DNA of 64,000 nucleotides from an uncultured Gammaproteobacteria bacterium (GTDB taxonomy: Bacteria; Patescibacteriota; Microgenomatia; UBA1406; HO2-37-13b), in assembly GCA_964413645.1 (NCBI GenBank), contig CAYPSA010000003.1, positions 19,328-83,327 on the forward strand, given 5' to 3'. The number at the start of each line of letters is the position of its first letter. Within the stretch, counting starts at the first letter, position 1. Shown piece after piece: positions 1 to 10,400 of the stretch. The notes under the pieces were generated by a model, which was not told the DNA's origin, did no database searches, and was given only the letters and a program-made list of their open reading frames with translations. The translations under genes were made by a program, and so were the position numbers.

Positions 1-168
1 ATCGTCATTACGAGTACCGCGGTCGAAAAAAGTCCAATTGTAATAAAGCGATGGAGCATGTTTGGGACAATATTAGAATTCTTTGTATGATGGTCCATAC
101 TTCTATGGTACCTGATTGCGCAATTTTATGCCAGAGCGTGTAAGGTTTTTGTGAAGGGAATGCCCTTT

Positions 169-915
169 TTAATTTTCAGGTTCTAATAATCCCTTTATTT
201 TCTTTCTCAAATCGAACATGGCTTTATCAGTAGACCTTGGATTTAGCCCTATGACTTCTGCAATTTGCTGATTAGATTGGCCTTGCAGTATGAGTCCAAG
301 CATAGTTTGTTGACGCGGGTTTAAGGATGGTATTATGCGATATAACAGAGCTATATTTCCCATTCGTTCAATCCTTTCTGTCGTTTGATCATCTATGGGA
401 ATAGATTCATCGGGAATTTTCTCAAAAAACGGTACTTCTGAGGTGGGATCTACAAAATCGCTTTCAACAAACGTTGCCTTTTGGCTTCTAAATTGGTCTA
501 CAAGGACATTATGGCCTATACGACGAATAAAGCCGGGAAAGTGCCTTGGCATCTTGTCCTCGGGCAAATCATCTGAGATCATTTTACGTCGCCATTCCAG
601 TAGTTTAATTTGTACTTGTTGAGTCAAATCATCAATGTCTGTTGGGGTTTGGCGCTTGGCTGCAAAATATTTTCGCATTTCTTGGTCTACTAAACTCAAC
701 AATACTCCACCATTTTCCCCTCGCATAAAATCATCGCGGAGTGCGGTAACTTGTTCGCTCCACGTTGGAACGCGTACCTGTGCGTCTTTATTCCCAGGTA
801 TAGATGAAGTTCCGGGTATTTTGTTCAGCGAATTATCTGGATCGTTATGAATGTTATCCTGAAAATCAGGCAGTACAGACATAGTATTTGTTTCCAACGT
901 TGATGTATCGGTCAT
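169..915 (-). CDS. RNA polymerase sigma factor, sigma-70/ECF-like family
   Basis: ORF 169..996 is trimmed to the Met at 915 because codons 916-996 read through the antisense of a tRNA. It has a region-2-like segment (FPGFIRRIGHNVLVDQFR) and a C-terminal region-4 HTH (LNPRQQTMLGLILQGQSNQQIAEVIGLNPRSTDKAMFDLRKKI). An alternative start is at 882. Confidence 0.7.
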   Translation of the reverse strand: MTDTSTLETNTMSVLPDFQDNIHNDPDNSLNKIPGTSSIPGNKDAQVRVPTWSEQVTALRDDFMRGENGGVLLSLVDQEMRKYFAAKRQTPTDIDDLTQQVQIKLLEWRRKMISDDLPEDKMPRHFPGFIRRIGHNVLVDQFRSQKATFVESDFVDPTSEVPFFEKIPDESIPIDDQTTERIERMGNIALLYRIIPSLNPRQQTMLGLILQGQSNQQIAEVIGLNPRSTDKAMFDLRKKIKGLLEPEN

Positions 916-918
916 AAG

Positions 919-1002
919 TGCCAGGGGAGGGACTTGAACCCTCACCTCATTGCTGAGACACGGTTCTGAACCGTGCGCGTATGCCAATTCCGCCACCCTG
1001 GC
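919..1002 (-). tRNA. tRNA-Leu (anticodon CAG), class II with long variable arm; CCA not encoded
   Basis: The reverse complement reads GCCAGGG-TG-GCGGAATTGGCATACGC-G-CACGG-TTCAGAA-CCGTG-TCTCAGCAATGAGGT-GAGGG-TTCAAGT-CCCTC-CCCTGGC-A. All four stems pair and the anticodon loop is TT-CAG-AA. Confidence 0.9.
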
Positions 1003-1026
1003 TTAATTATATATTATACTAGACAC

Positions 1027-1569
1027 ATGAGACTGCTTATTGGTCTAGGAAATCCGGGGGAAAAATATGAGAAAACGCGACATAATGTAGGCGTTATGCT
1101 AGTGGAAAGGGCGGGGGAGATTCTCCTGCCTGCCGGCAGGCAGGTCGGTTCCGTTCAGAATGACAAGGGTAACGCTCAAAATGACAAGATTAATTGGAAA
1201 GCCGTGAAATTAAAATGTTTTATGAATGATTCTGGTATAGAAGTTCGACAAGTAATGAATTTTTATAAAGTTGAACCAAAAGATCTGATTATCGTTCACG
1301 ATGATTTAGATATAAAGCTCGGTGAATTCAAAATTCAACATGGAAAAGGTCCGTATGGGCATAATGGGATTCTTTCAATCGAGCGCGAATTGGGAACAAA
1401 AGAGTTTACTCGAGTTCGAATTGGTATTGAAAATCGAGATCCGGAAAATAAGGTTGCAGGAGTAGAATACACGCTTCAAAATTTCACGTCCGAAGAGTTA
1501 ATTATTATCGAGAAAACTTTTGATCAGATTTTTTCCCAACTGCCCCCAATTCTTTCAGTTTCCACATAA
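1027..1569 (+). CDS. pth: peptidyl-tRNA hydrolase
   Basis: The N-terminus MRLLIGLGNPGEKYEKTRHNVG is present, followed by FMNDSG, VHDDLD, HGKGPYGHNG and RIGI motifs in the canonical Pth order. The start is moved to the ATG at 1027. Residues about 33-55 are encoded by a dispersed repeat (see findings). Confidence 0.9.
   Translation: MRLLIGLGNPGEKYEKTRHNVGVMLVERAGEILLPAGRQVGSVQNDKGNAQNDKINWKAVKLKCFMNDSGIEVRQVMNFYKVEPKDLIIVHDDLDIKLGEFKIQHGKGPYGHNGILSIERELGTKEFTRVRIGIENRDPENKVAGVEYTLQNFTSEELIIIEKTFDQIFSQLPPILSVST
1125..1188. repeat. dispersed repeat copy (20-bp palindrome plus two CAGAATGACAAG-type modules) inside the pth coding sequence
   Basis: CCTGCCTGCCGGCAGGCAGG lies at 1125-1144, followed by ttcagaatgacaag and ctcaaaatgacaag. 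The same modules occur in intergenic copies at 3156, 13839, 19331 and 32990. Confidence 0.85.
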
Positions 1570-1789
1570 ATAGTGCGCCTTTTTTACGGGCGCCTGAATC
1601 AATTACGAATCGTAATGCTTGTTCTAAAATAGGGCGGGGGACCGTTTTTGACATTTTAATATACAAACTTTTATGTTTTTCATCTTCAAGCTTTGATGCT
1701 AAATGAACGCCGAATGATTGAAATTCCCGAGAAACATATTTGTCAGTTTTAGGGTTGTACTTGGTAAGAACCGTTTTTATTGAGTCCAT
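1505..1789 (-). CDS. hypothetical protein (94 aa)
   Basis: An intact ORF with no recognised motif. Its 3' end overlaps the convergent pth 3' end by 65 nt, so one of the two models may be shorter. Confidence 0.4.
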   Translation of the reverse strand: MDSIKTVLTKYNPKTDKYVSREFQSFGVHLASKLEDEKHKSLYIKMSKTVPRPILEQALRFVIDSGARKKGALFMWKLKELGAVGKKSDQKFSR

Positions 1790-1810
1790 ACAGGTATTAT
1801 ACAGAGTTTA

Positions 1811-1912
1811 TCCGAGATTTCTCCTCACTGTCTTAAGACAGATCGTCGAAATGACAAACAAATATGTCATTTCGAGCGCCTGCCTGCTTGCAGGCAGGTA
1901 GCGAGAAATCTC
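1811..1912. repeat. dispersed repeat cluster (GAGATTTCTC / CGAAATGACA / GTCATTTCGAGC / variant palindrome / GCGAGAAATCTC)
   Basis: The cluster reads tccgagatttctcctcactgtc...gtcgaaatgaca...gtcatttcgagcgCCTGCCTGCttGCAGGCAGGtagcgagaaatctc. An almost identical left half is found at 12599-12644. Confidence 0.85.
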
Positions 1913-1995
1913 AGCTCACTCATATATCGAGATTTTAAGGTAAGAAATCTTGGATAGTTATTGACTCCCAGTAGCAGTTCATGTAATACTAATGT

Positions 1996-3144
1996 ATGCG
2001 CAAACATAGAAAAGGGCACATCAAGAAAAAGCCTGCACATAAGATGCTTGTTTACTCCCTTGTGCTCGTGCTATTTGCCGCTACGCTTTGGTATGGAAAT
2101 CATTCCAGAAGTGTTTTGGGTATTGCTACAGAAACCGGAATTGACACAGGTGGAGTGTTTATTCCTCCCGAGGAGCCGTTGCCAACTTCTCAAATAGGTC
2201 AGGTAACCATTGCTCCAACTATTCCTCTTCAGCCAACCAACGTGATAATTCCTACCGATGTATTGTTGCCTACAACTGCCCCAACCAGTCCCCCTGTTCC
2301 TACACCGGTTCTAGTAGTACCCGATGAGCCAGTATATGTTGAAATAATTGATGAACCAGGAGATGGATTGAAGACGGGGGGTGGATTGGTAGATATTGGA
2401 AAAGATCCGGTAACAGTTGTTATTGAAAACACACCATCGGGTGTGACGACTACAACAGAGAAATTAACTCCACAAACTAAATTAGTAGATTCATCTGCGG
2501 CAATAATTACTTCGCAAACAGGTGGAAATACGACCGTTTCGCAAAAAAATATTTCAACACTTGATCGACTGTTTTCATTTTTCACCGGGAATTCTGCTGA
2601 CCTAACTGATTCTGCAGCAAAAGGTTCTGTGCAAAAAAAATCAGCATATTCTCAGGTGTATATTTCAAGCGATGGTGGTACTACGTTTGTAACAGATCCG
2701 ACTCAAACTATTTCAGCGCTTGATGAATGGCTTGGATTTAATGGAATTAAGCTTGAATCACTGGGTGATGGATCATTTCGTATTACTCAGGGCGATGTGG
2801 TCGCGATCATGAGGCCAAAAGACAGTAAAATTGCAGTAAATTTGGCACGGATGGAATTATTAGTGAATACCTCGGTCGGATTTCAGCCACTTTCGTACTT
2901 GCCTAAACGAGTTACTGAATATTTGGCAGATTCGGGAATTATTTCACGGCTGAGTGCGCCTATTGAGGTTGTTGAAACACCCACGGAAATGCATTTACAC
3001 ATGAAAACCATTTCGACACAATATTTGGCTGCATTTATTCCAATATCAGTAAAAGTAGAGTATTGTATGTCAGCTACGACTCTTAATCCATGTGGTAAGA
3101 AACAAGGCTTCCTGTCAAGAGCACTGGATTACTTATCTTTATAA
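1996..3144 (+). CDS. hypothetical membrane-anchored protein with a Pro/Thr-rich linker
   Basis: It has a basic N-terminus followed by one TM helix (LVYSLVLVLFAATLWY), then a P/T/V-rich stretch and a non-repetitive C-terminal domain. No known motif was recognised. A possible promoter TTGACT-17nt-TAATAC lies at 1961-1989. Confidence 0.6.
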   Translation: MRKHRKGHIKKKPAHKMLVYSLVLVLFAATLWYGNHSRSVLGIATETGIDTGGVFIPPEEPLPTSQIGQVTIAPTIPLQPTNVIIPTDVLLPTTAPTSPPVPTPVLVVPDEPVYVEIIDEPGDGLKTGGGLVDIGKDPVTVVIENTPSGVTTTTEKLTPQTKLVDSSAAIITSQTGGNTTVSQKNISTLDRLFSFFTGNSADLTDSAAKGSVQKKSAYSQVYISSDGGTTFVTDPTQTISALDEWLGFNGIKLESLGDGSFRITQGDVVAIMRPKDSKIAVNLARMELLVNTSVGFQPLSYLPKRVTEYLADSGIISRLSAPIEVVETPTEMHLHMKTISTQYLAAFIPISVKVEYCMSATTLNPCGKKQGFLSRALDYLSL

Positions 3145-3146
3145 CA

Positions 3147-3238
3147 CCCAGATTCCCTGCCTGCCGGCAGGCAGGCTCACTGCGTTCAGAATGACAAGGG
3201 TGCTCGCTCAGAATGACAATGTAATTTAGAATGACAGG
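3147..3238. repeat. dispersed repeat cluster (palindrome plus three GAATGACA modules)
   Basis: The cluster reads cagattcCCTGCCTGCCGGCAGGCAGGctcactgcgttcagaatgacaagg...gctcagaatgacaatg...ttagaatgacagg. Confidence 0.85.
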
Positions 3239-3242
3239 AGCT

Positions 3243-6200
3243 TTATCTCGTTTTTCTTCCGAAGCTATCTACGATAATTGATCCATCTCGTGCATCTACT
3301 ACGCCATCTTCATTGATGTCCGCTTTGCCCGTGTAGTCCTGTGTATTAACGGCAACAGCATATAAAGCAAAGTCTATACCATTTACCACTCCATCGCCGT
3401 TAATATCGGCTCCTAGACGGTATTCACAGAATGAAAGCATATGATTTTTACTCGCTTCAGTAGGATTGGTGGTGTCGGTTGTAGATTCAACCACATGTAG
3501 CCAGCATGCTGTTTCTTCCTCCGCTCCTAATAGTTGCAAGAAATGAGATTCCGCTCGTGTGCGGACTTCATCAAATGGAGCGGCTAGGATATCAATTAAA
3601 AATTGATTATTATATTTTGGCAAGAATGAAATGCGATAATCTTCTTCTTGAGCAATAACCATGTTTCCTTCAGGATCTGTTGAAAGGGGACTATCCGTAA
3701 TGTCGTTAATATATATACCGTTCAAAATTAATTTACCTTCTTCGGTTTTTTCATAATCTGGGAACGTATCTGCATATCCAATCGGAGCAACACCCTGCGG
3801 AGCAATAGCTCGGCTTGGTGGGAATGGGGGAATGACTTGACGACCTGATGAATGTGCGGGGTCGATTCCTTCAAAGTCACCAGGACACTCGTCTAAATCA
3901 GTTTCCCATGAAACGATTGGGTTGTTTGGCTTGAACTTAGAAACTTCCCATGTGACAACGCTTGCATTACCATTGGCGACAGTTTCCAAATCACCATCGT
4001 CGGTTCGGTCGCCGTTTGGACCAAAAGGATCTTGCTGGCAGTTATCGTCTGTCGGTTCACAACGACTCATCTGCCATCTAATTTGAGCATCATCACCTTT
4101 TTTATTGTGGTAACAAACCGATACACGTTCGACATTTCCCTTAGAATCGCGATCTACGTTACCCGCACATGAGAAAGAGCCGGGAAGTTCGGCACGAATA
4201 TTGCGCTTGCCATCATTATTTGCCACCGACCAACATAAATTGCTATCGCCGCCTTCTTCGAATTCATCAACATCGTACAGGTTAAGTGCGAATGTGTTAA
4301 ATTCTGCAGTGTTTGATCCACTTTCACGAGTAAATTCTGTTTGGCCAGGTTTGGAAATACATTCAGGAACTTCATTGTCACGCGTGTAAAGATTGACAGA
4401 ATAAGGAACGTCGCGTAACCATGTTGATTTGGTTCGGGCGTTTTTACGGCTACTGTCTGTTGGGCTATTGTATTTTAAATTACATCGAGCATCTGTTTCG
4501 CTGGGATCAATGTCGTGTAATGAGCAGACCACAATTCCATCATCGGTAGGTTCTACAATATCTAAGTCGTATGCATCTAATTTACAATCAACATCCTCAG
4601 GTTGATTCCAGCGAAGCTTAACGGATGAAGCAGCTATGTCGTCGCGCTCAATCTTTTCAATAGTTGGTGCGCATCGATCGGTAAGCGTACATTTGGCTGC
4701 TGGTTTGCGTTCTACGACCCATCCATAGGTGTATTCTTGGCCACAACCGATCGGAAGCTTATCAATTCTTCGAGCTTCATTTTGGCTAGCGTTTTCATCA
4801 ATTTCAGTACATTTTCCTTTATGGTCGCATTTTGCAACAATGTTGAACTTATCTTTCGGATAGTACAAGTACACACTAGCGATATCGAACGGTTTTTTAC
4901 GTAAATCGTATGAATCTGCAGGAGTGTCGTTGCTGTCGACACAGCAATATTTTTTACCGGTCAAGTCGCATCCATCAGGTCCGCATGGTTGTAGACGGCC
5001 ATCTTCATCAAATGCTGCGCGATGAAACACGTCATCGCCAAATTTTTTAAGTCGTTTGTCATTTGTGGTGCTCCATTTTTCAGCATCGTCTGCAACCTCA
5101 GGGAACAGTGTATCTTCGCCGTTTTCTCGGATTTTTACATATGCCACTGGATTGAAAATACAGCGAGGCGCATCTGTTGGTTCGACCGTAGGAACGGGTC
5201 CACATTCACTTTGAGGAACCGTGATTGTAAAATCGCGTTTTCCGGATGCTACAACCGGATCTGATTCATGTTCAGAATAGTAAGCCGTTAAATCGTTTTT
5301 CATCGAACTGTCGGGTACCTGATACTCGGCACCTTCTTCAAAACTTTGATTTCGACTATCGGTGACTAAGCGGTAATTAAATACGTACAGATCGTTTTCA
5401 GGATCGCTTTCATCTTCATTTACCCAAATACGATCATCGGCAGGTTTGTCTTCAGATAAATCTGTTTGAACTAAATCTTTACAATCTGCGCGTGTTCCAC
5501 CTTTTTCACAGCGTGACACCCGCATACTTTCGGGTTCTTTGCAACTTCGTACGGTAATTTTTCCTGAAATGTTTGGTTTATCATTGCCTGTTGGTTTTGG
5601 AGGAGTTTTCGTTGGCTCACACATTATTGTTCGAACAATGTGGATATTGCAATCTCTAAATTCAGAAAAAATATCGTCTGCCGTTGCTCCATCGGTCCAG
5701 TTTTGAACAACTGCGGTGTATTCTCCAAATACCTTACGAACTCCCAAACCACTTTGAACGCCACCTTCTGCACTGCTACCGCATGAGCGAAGCGCGGCAA
5801 CATATAGCGTTTCTGCATCGTCGGTAGAGATATCGGCGCCTATTGCACCCTCAATATATGGTTCTACGAAAAGTCGTGCACGTTCTCGGGTTCCAATAGC
5901 GTCGGTAATTATGGTTTCAACTACCGGATGTACCCATAACGAGACCGAACGCATAATAACTCCGTCGCGTCCGCCTTCCATGCCGGCATTTACACTATCA
6001 AATGAAATATCGGCATATCGTTCTGGATTCTTTTTAACTGCGTTTACAATTGCTTCTCGAATAATCTTTTTAACTTCACTATCGATGGTTTGGGTAAGCG
6101 AGCGTACTGAGCCCAGTGGAATAATAGTAAATAAATCGGTTGGTGTTAAATGCTTGTAGTACAAATTTTCTGGATCTTTTACGATTCGTTTGTCGGCATC

Positions 6201-7352
6201 TGAAGGCCCTGCAGCTTGGTCATCAATTAGACAGTCAAGGGCAGAAGTTGGCCACCCACCACTACTATCGCTTGGACAATCAGCATACGCATGTTTTTTA
6301 GCCCAGGTAGAATTTATGAATCGGGTACGATCATTATCAAGCCAGCCCGGTGCGTTTTGTACACAGGCTGCATCGGTTGGTTTTGGCGTAATCGTCAACC
6401 GTACACATCCTCCAGTATTGGTGGGGTTACTACATGGCCTTCTAGTTGGTTGTACTGTTGGAACAACTTTTCCGACGCATCGTGGATCAATAGGAAATCC
6501 AATCGACATACAAACGGTATCTTTCGAGCAGTTTGTTTCTCCCCGAGGACAGGCCATCGTTATGCACTGTAACCCTTTTTCACAAACATTTCCTGGCTGA
6601 GCACATGGTTTTCCACACGCGCCTGGATTTACAGGACCAGTAGTTGGTCTTGTGGTTGGTCCTGTAGTTGGTATGACGGTTATTCCTCCAGTTGGTCGTA
6701 TCGTAGGACGAGTAGTTGGTCCTTCTATACTCGGTCGTGTGGTAGGCCCACTCGTAACCGATGGAACGATCGATGGTTGTACGGTAGGATTTGACGGTGG
6801 GCAAATACCATTCTTATTTACTTTAAATCTTCTAAAATTTGGCCATCGACCTTGGCGGTTACTATATAAGTGTAAATAGACATCAACACATACATCGGTG
6901 AGCGGTTGGCTTACGTTGGAAACTAAACTGAAATTTCGAGCTGCCGTTGCATTTTTATTCGATAATATTGCGTCACCTTCAAAGTCAGGCCTAATACAGG
7001 GGGCAGGGTAATCGCCGGATCCGCCGTTAAATGCTTGTGCGTATACATTAGAAATTACACGTTTCCCAGGAGGATCTTCCGATGCCCACAGAGTTGTTTT
7101 TTCAATACCGCTTCCTAAGCCCGCACCAAAACAGAGTCCTCCGGTAATGGTAAATCGAGTAAGGCTCGGATCGACCGTGACATTAAGTGTTGTTTTTTCT
7201 TCTGTGCGTTCAATTCGAGGAACGGGTGCATACGCATCGCTTCGTAACGTTTTGCTTCCGGCTCCTAGCAAGCTTCCAAATGTAATAACAAGTGCGGAAA
7301 TAATTAAAACAGTCGATAAAATTTCACCGGAATTACGCTTGGCAGAGTACAT
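3243..7352 (-). CDS. giant (1369 aa) Cys-rich surface protein with an N-terminal hydrophobic anchor, an FN3-like module and a C-terminal dockerin
   Basis: The N-terminus is KRNSGEILSTVLIISALVITFGSLLG. There are P/T linkers and many Cys residues. An FN3-like segment reads SSVKLRWNQPEDV...YSVNLYTRDNE. The C-terminus carries two EF-hand-like dockerin repeats: GADINGDGVVNGIDFALYAVAV and ADINEDGVVDARDGSIIVDSF. Confidence 0.8.
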   Translation of the reverse strand: MYSAKRNSGEILSTVLIISALVITFGSLLGAGSKTLRSDAYAPVPRIERTEEKTTLNVTVDPSLTRFTITGGLCFGAGLGSGIEKTTLWASEDPPGKRVISNVYAQAFNGGSGDYPAPCIRPDFEGDAILSNKNATAARNFSLVSNVSQPLTDVCVDVYLHLYSNRQGRWPNFRRFKVNKNGICPPSNPTVQPSIVPSVTSGPTTRPSIEGPTTRPTIRPTGGITVIPTTGPTTRPTTGPVNPGACGKPCAQPGNVCEKGLQCITMACPRGETNCSKDTVCMSIGFPIDPRCVGKVVPTVQPTRRPCSNPTNTGGCVRLTITPKPTDAACVQNAPGWLDNDRTRFINSTWAKKHAYADCPSDSSGGWPTSALDCLIDDQAAGPSDADKRIVKDPENLYYKHLTPTDLFTIIPLGSVRSLTQTIDSEVKKIIREAIVNAVKKNPERYADISFDSVNAGMEGGRDGVIMRSVSLWVHPVVETIITDAIGTRERARLFVEPYIEGAIGADISTDDAETLYVAALRSCGSSAEGGVQSGLGVRKVFGEYTAVVQNWTDGATADDIFSEFRDCNIHIVRTIMCEPTKTPPKPTGNDKPNISGKITVRSCKEPESMRVSRCEKGGTRADCKDLVQTDLSEDKPADDRIWVNEDESDPENDLYVFNYRLVTDSRNQSFEEGAEYQVPDSSMKNDLTAYYSEHESDPVVASGKRDFTITVPQSECGPVPTVEPTDAPRCIFNPVAYVKIRENGEDTLFPEVADDAEKWSTTNDKRLKKFGDDVFHRAAFDEDGRLQPCGPDGCDLTGKKYCCVDSNDTPADSYDLRKKPFDIASVYLYYPKDKFNIVAKCDHKGKCTEIDENASQNEARRIDKLPIGCGQEYTYGWVVERKPAAKCTLTDRCAPTIEKIERDDIAASSVKLRWNQPEDVDCKLDAYDLDIVEPTDDGIVVCSLHDIDPSETDARCNLKYNSPTDSSRKNARTKSTWLRDVPYSVNLYTRDNEVPECISKPGQTEFTRESGSNTAEFNTFALNLYDVDEFEEGGDSNLCWSVANNDGKRNIRAELPGSFSCAGNVDRDSKGNVERVSVCYHNKKGDDAQIRWQMSRCEPTDDNCQQDPFGPNGDRTDDGDLETVANGNASVVTWEVSKFKPNNPIVSWETDLDECPGDFEGIDPAHSSGRQVIPPFPPSRAIAPQGVAPIGYADTFPDYEKTEEGKLILNGIYINDITDSPLSTDPEGNMVIAQEEDYRISFLPKYNNQFLIDILAAPFDEVRTRAESHFLQLLGAEEETACWLHVVESTTDTTNPTEASKNHMLSFCEYRLGADINGDGVVNGIDFALYAVAVNTQDYTGKADINEDGVVDARDGSIIVDSFGRKTR

Positions 7353-7392
7353 AGATTCATTCTAGGATAAACCGAATGTATTAGTCAAGCGA

Positions 7393-7486
7393 ATGTCATT
7401 TGCACTACCTTTGTCATTCCGAACAGAGTGAGGAATCTCAGAATAATCATCAACACCTAGATTCTTCGCTGCGCTCAGAATGACAA
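7393..7486. repeat. dispersed repeat cluster
   Basis: The cluster reads gtcatttgcac...gtcattccgaacagagtgaggaatctcag...agattcttcgctgcgctcagaatgacaa. Confidence 0.8.
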
Positions 7487-10400
7487 TTACTTACATGCAT
7501 TCTGGCCAATGAAGCTCAAGAATAGGGAAGTGTCCGAAGCATTTACAGTTCCATTGCCATCCAAGTCACGCAGACCCGTTGCATCGGCACTCGTTACTTG
7601 ACAATCACGATTAGTATCCGCAGTCTTAAGCGGGGAAAGAACCGTTGTGCTTACTGAATTATTCGCAGCTGCTGTAATGTTAAATTGCAATCCATTGCTG
7701 CCCGTTATTAATTGGGGCGTGCATTGTTTACTAGTTCCATTTGTGTAATTAATTACACAGCTTAATCGTCGAGTGGTACTTAGAACAGAGAACGTTGGTT
7801 TGAATTTGGTATTTGCACCAGCTGCAAGCGCTACAGAAACTGTATTTGACGCACATTTATTTGCCGAGTCGCATGAGGCGATAGAGACGGATTTAATGCT
7901 TTCGTTAGATTTATTAGTTATCGCTACTGTAGATAATAATGATGAATGGTCAGTATAGTCATCGCCTACAGCAGAATAGTAAATATAGCCTCCATGACCT
8001 ATAAATCCACAAGGTCCACTATCAGTATCACACGACCCACTAAGCCCTGTTGTTCCATTTACTCTTTTACCTGACTCATCTATCAAATTAACATATACAT
8101 AATATTTTTCTATATTTGGATTCAATTTGAATACTTTAGTGAAATGGACTCCGTTTTGATTGCTTATAAGATTGGTTAAAAATTCTTCAGAACTTATAGC
8201 ACTGTTCTCAGAATTTTTTGCAAATCCTTCAAGACGGAAGGATAATTTGTACCCCTCATGTCCAGGTTTGATAAAATATTTCCCTTCAGTAGTGATTATT
8301 GATTTGTCAATCGGAAGTAAACACTTCGTCTGATTCTCAGATGCACCGCAGCTATATTTCGACTCATTATTCACTTCGCCTTTATTAATTCTGCAAAATC
8401 TCTCAGTACGTACACATTCCCGGTATTTCTCATTTCCCTTGGGTACTCCATACCACGTTCTTCTGTTAGATGGCTCAGGAGTTGGCTGGGTTCCATTAGG
8501 ATTTAAGGTAATACTCACATTCCAAACGCCTGTTTTAGTGTAGTCTTTTTTATTAACGGTAACTGCAGTAAAAGCCTTTTTTCTTTGTGTTTCTCCCTCA
8601 ATACTGTATTCAAGTTCGACCCCATATGTATATTCTTCTGCTTCTTTGTTGAAGTTGGGTATAGTGTACATAAATGTCCCATTCTCAAAATCAACATTAT
8701 GGATTTGCGCGTCCTTTATATCAGTGTCAGTATTGGTTTGATAAATCACTTTGAATGAGCCTTCATAAGGAGTAAGAGTTTTTTCACTTTCTACAGTAAT
8801 TCTGACTGTACCAGTCACGGTATTTTGGTTTCTTGGATCTGGCTGCTCTCCACCATTCTTAGGTGTGGGTTGTGGTTTATCCTCATTTCGAGGCTGTGAT
8901 GATTTAACTCCTGAGTCACCTTGGGCGCATGGAACTCCACTTCCAACAGATGTGCGTAGATTTTCATCAACCATATAACATTGGCCTTTTTTCAGCGTTA
9001 CTGATGTGTCACCATAAGTAGTATTTACGCCTGGTCCTGCGTTGCATTGTGAGAGTTTGTAAGGATTGCCGTCCTTGTCTTTTAGATCAACTGCTGAACA
9101 AAGAGCGCAATCATCTCTTTTTGGCATTACATCTATAGAATCGGTGTTAGAATCATTTCGGAGTCTAACGACTACTTCGTGTTTTTCATTACGTGGGGCC
9201 AAACAATCAAATCGTTTATCAGTAATGCTTTGTGCCCAGTCGTCGGTACCATTGTATCCGTGTCTACAATCACCATGACTCCACGCTCCCCAACATACAC
9301 CGGTAGAATTATTCACGAGCCAATCTAGTTGTTTAGTCATTACGGTGCCGCCTACGGGTTTATCCGTTGGCTCTGGTTTATCTTCGTCACCTCCATTGTC
9401 ACGTGTAGGGCGTGAAAATCTACCAATTCCATTGCTTCCCGCACATAATTCCATTGATCCAGGAATTTCTTTAATGGCATATACATTTGCTACATAGTTA
9501 TGTCCTCGGATAAAATCGCCCTCACCATTTGCATACGATGAATCAACTCGACACTCTGCTTTTGTTTTGGAAATCTTATCGCATGTCTTAACTACTAAAG
9601 CAGGGGTTTCTGAAATATCTACTAAGTCGATTCGATAGTGGTCGCCTGCAACACCCGCACTGAATGGACATAAAGCGTCAGGGGCGTCCCATGTAACTTC
9701 TACACGACTGCTTGATTTTAGTTTGGTCTTAACGTTTTTAGGAGTGCAAGGAACAACATTTTCTGGAGATCGCATTACACATTGGCTGGGATTGTTATCG
9801 GGGAGTTTTTTCACAACCCATCCGTACTTTGATACATTGGTATCGCAGTCGAAATTGAATCCATCTACTGTGCTTCCATATTGATCAAGCGGTCGACTGG
9901 AATTCTTTCCAGGGCCTTCATTTGGAAATGGACATCCTTTTGAACCAGTGCAAGCAATTTTATTTACAATTTCCCATTTAGAGGTATCTATGTATAGGTT
10001 GACCTGTGCTTTATCACCTTTCATATAAAGTGCATTTGTATCTGTTGGTCGGAATGATAAAGTATCAGTCTTAAATGTATACTTTGATGTTCTTTCGCCA
10101 TTTACCATTTCTCCATAGTTCTTAAATAATGTGGTAGGTTTTAATGGTTGCTTGTCGTTTGCAAGACCCCACTTATTTACATCCCCCATTTGTGATAGGG
10201 GAACGGGCAAGTTGGTTGCCTCGTCGATAACTACGGCTGTTGCGCTATATTTACAAATACCAGGAGTAGGAATAGTCGTTGGCGCTTCGGATGGTTTTAC
10301 GCTTGGTGAAACCGGTGGGCACACAATGTCATTTTTTGGAACTTCATAATTAATGATTGCTTCACTTTGACTTGATGGAATTGTTGCATATGCGCGCAAA

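Noticed and set aside
916-996. N-terminal extension of the sigma-factor ORF (MAELAYAHGSEPCLSNEVRVQVPPLAL). The same pattern appears at 45638-45748 and 51399-51542.
   Set aside because: These codons are the antisense or sense read-through of well-formed tRNA genes (Leu-CAG, Thr-GGT, Leu-CAA). The ORFs were trimmed to internal Met codons.
2229-2585. Antisense ORFs inside Pro/Thr/Gly-rich linkers (2229..2585, 21959..22471, 6190..6879 group, 62782..63113).
   Set aside because: They mirror low-complexity linker DNA of the sense genes, where P/T/G codons give stop-poor antisense frames, and they have no independent signals.
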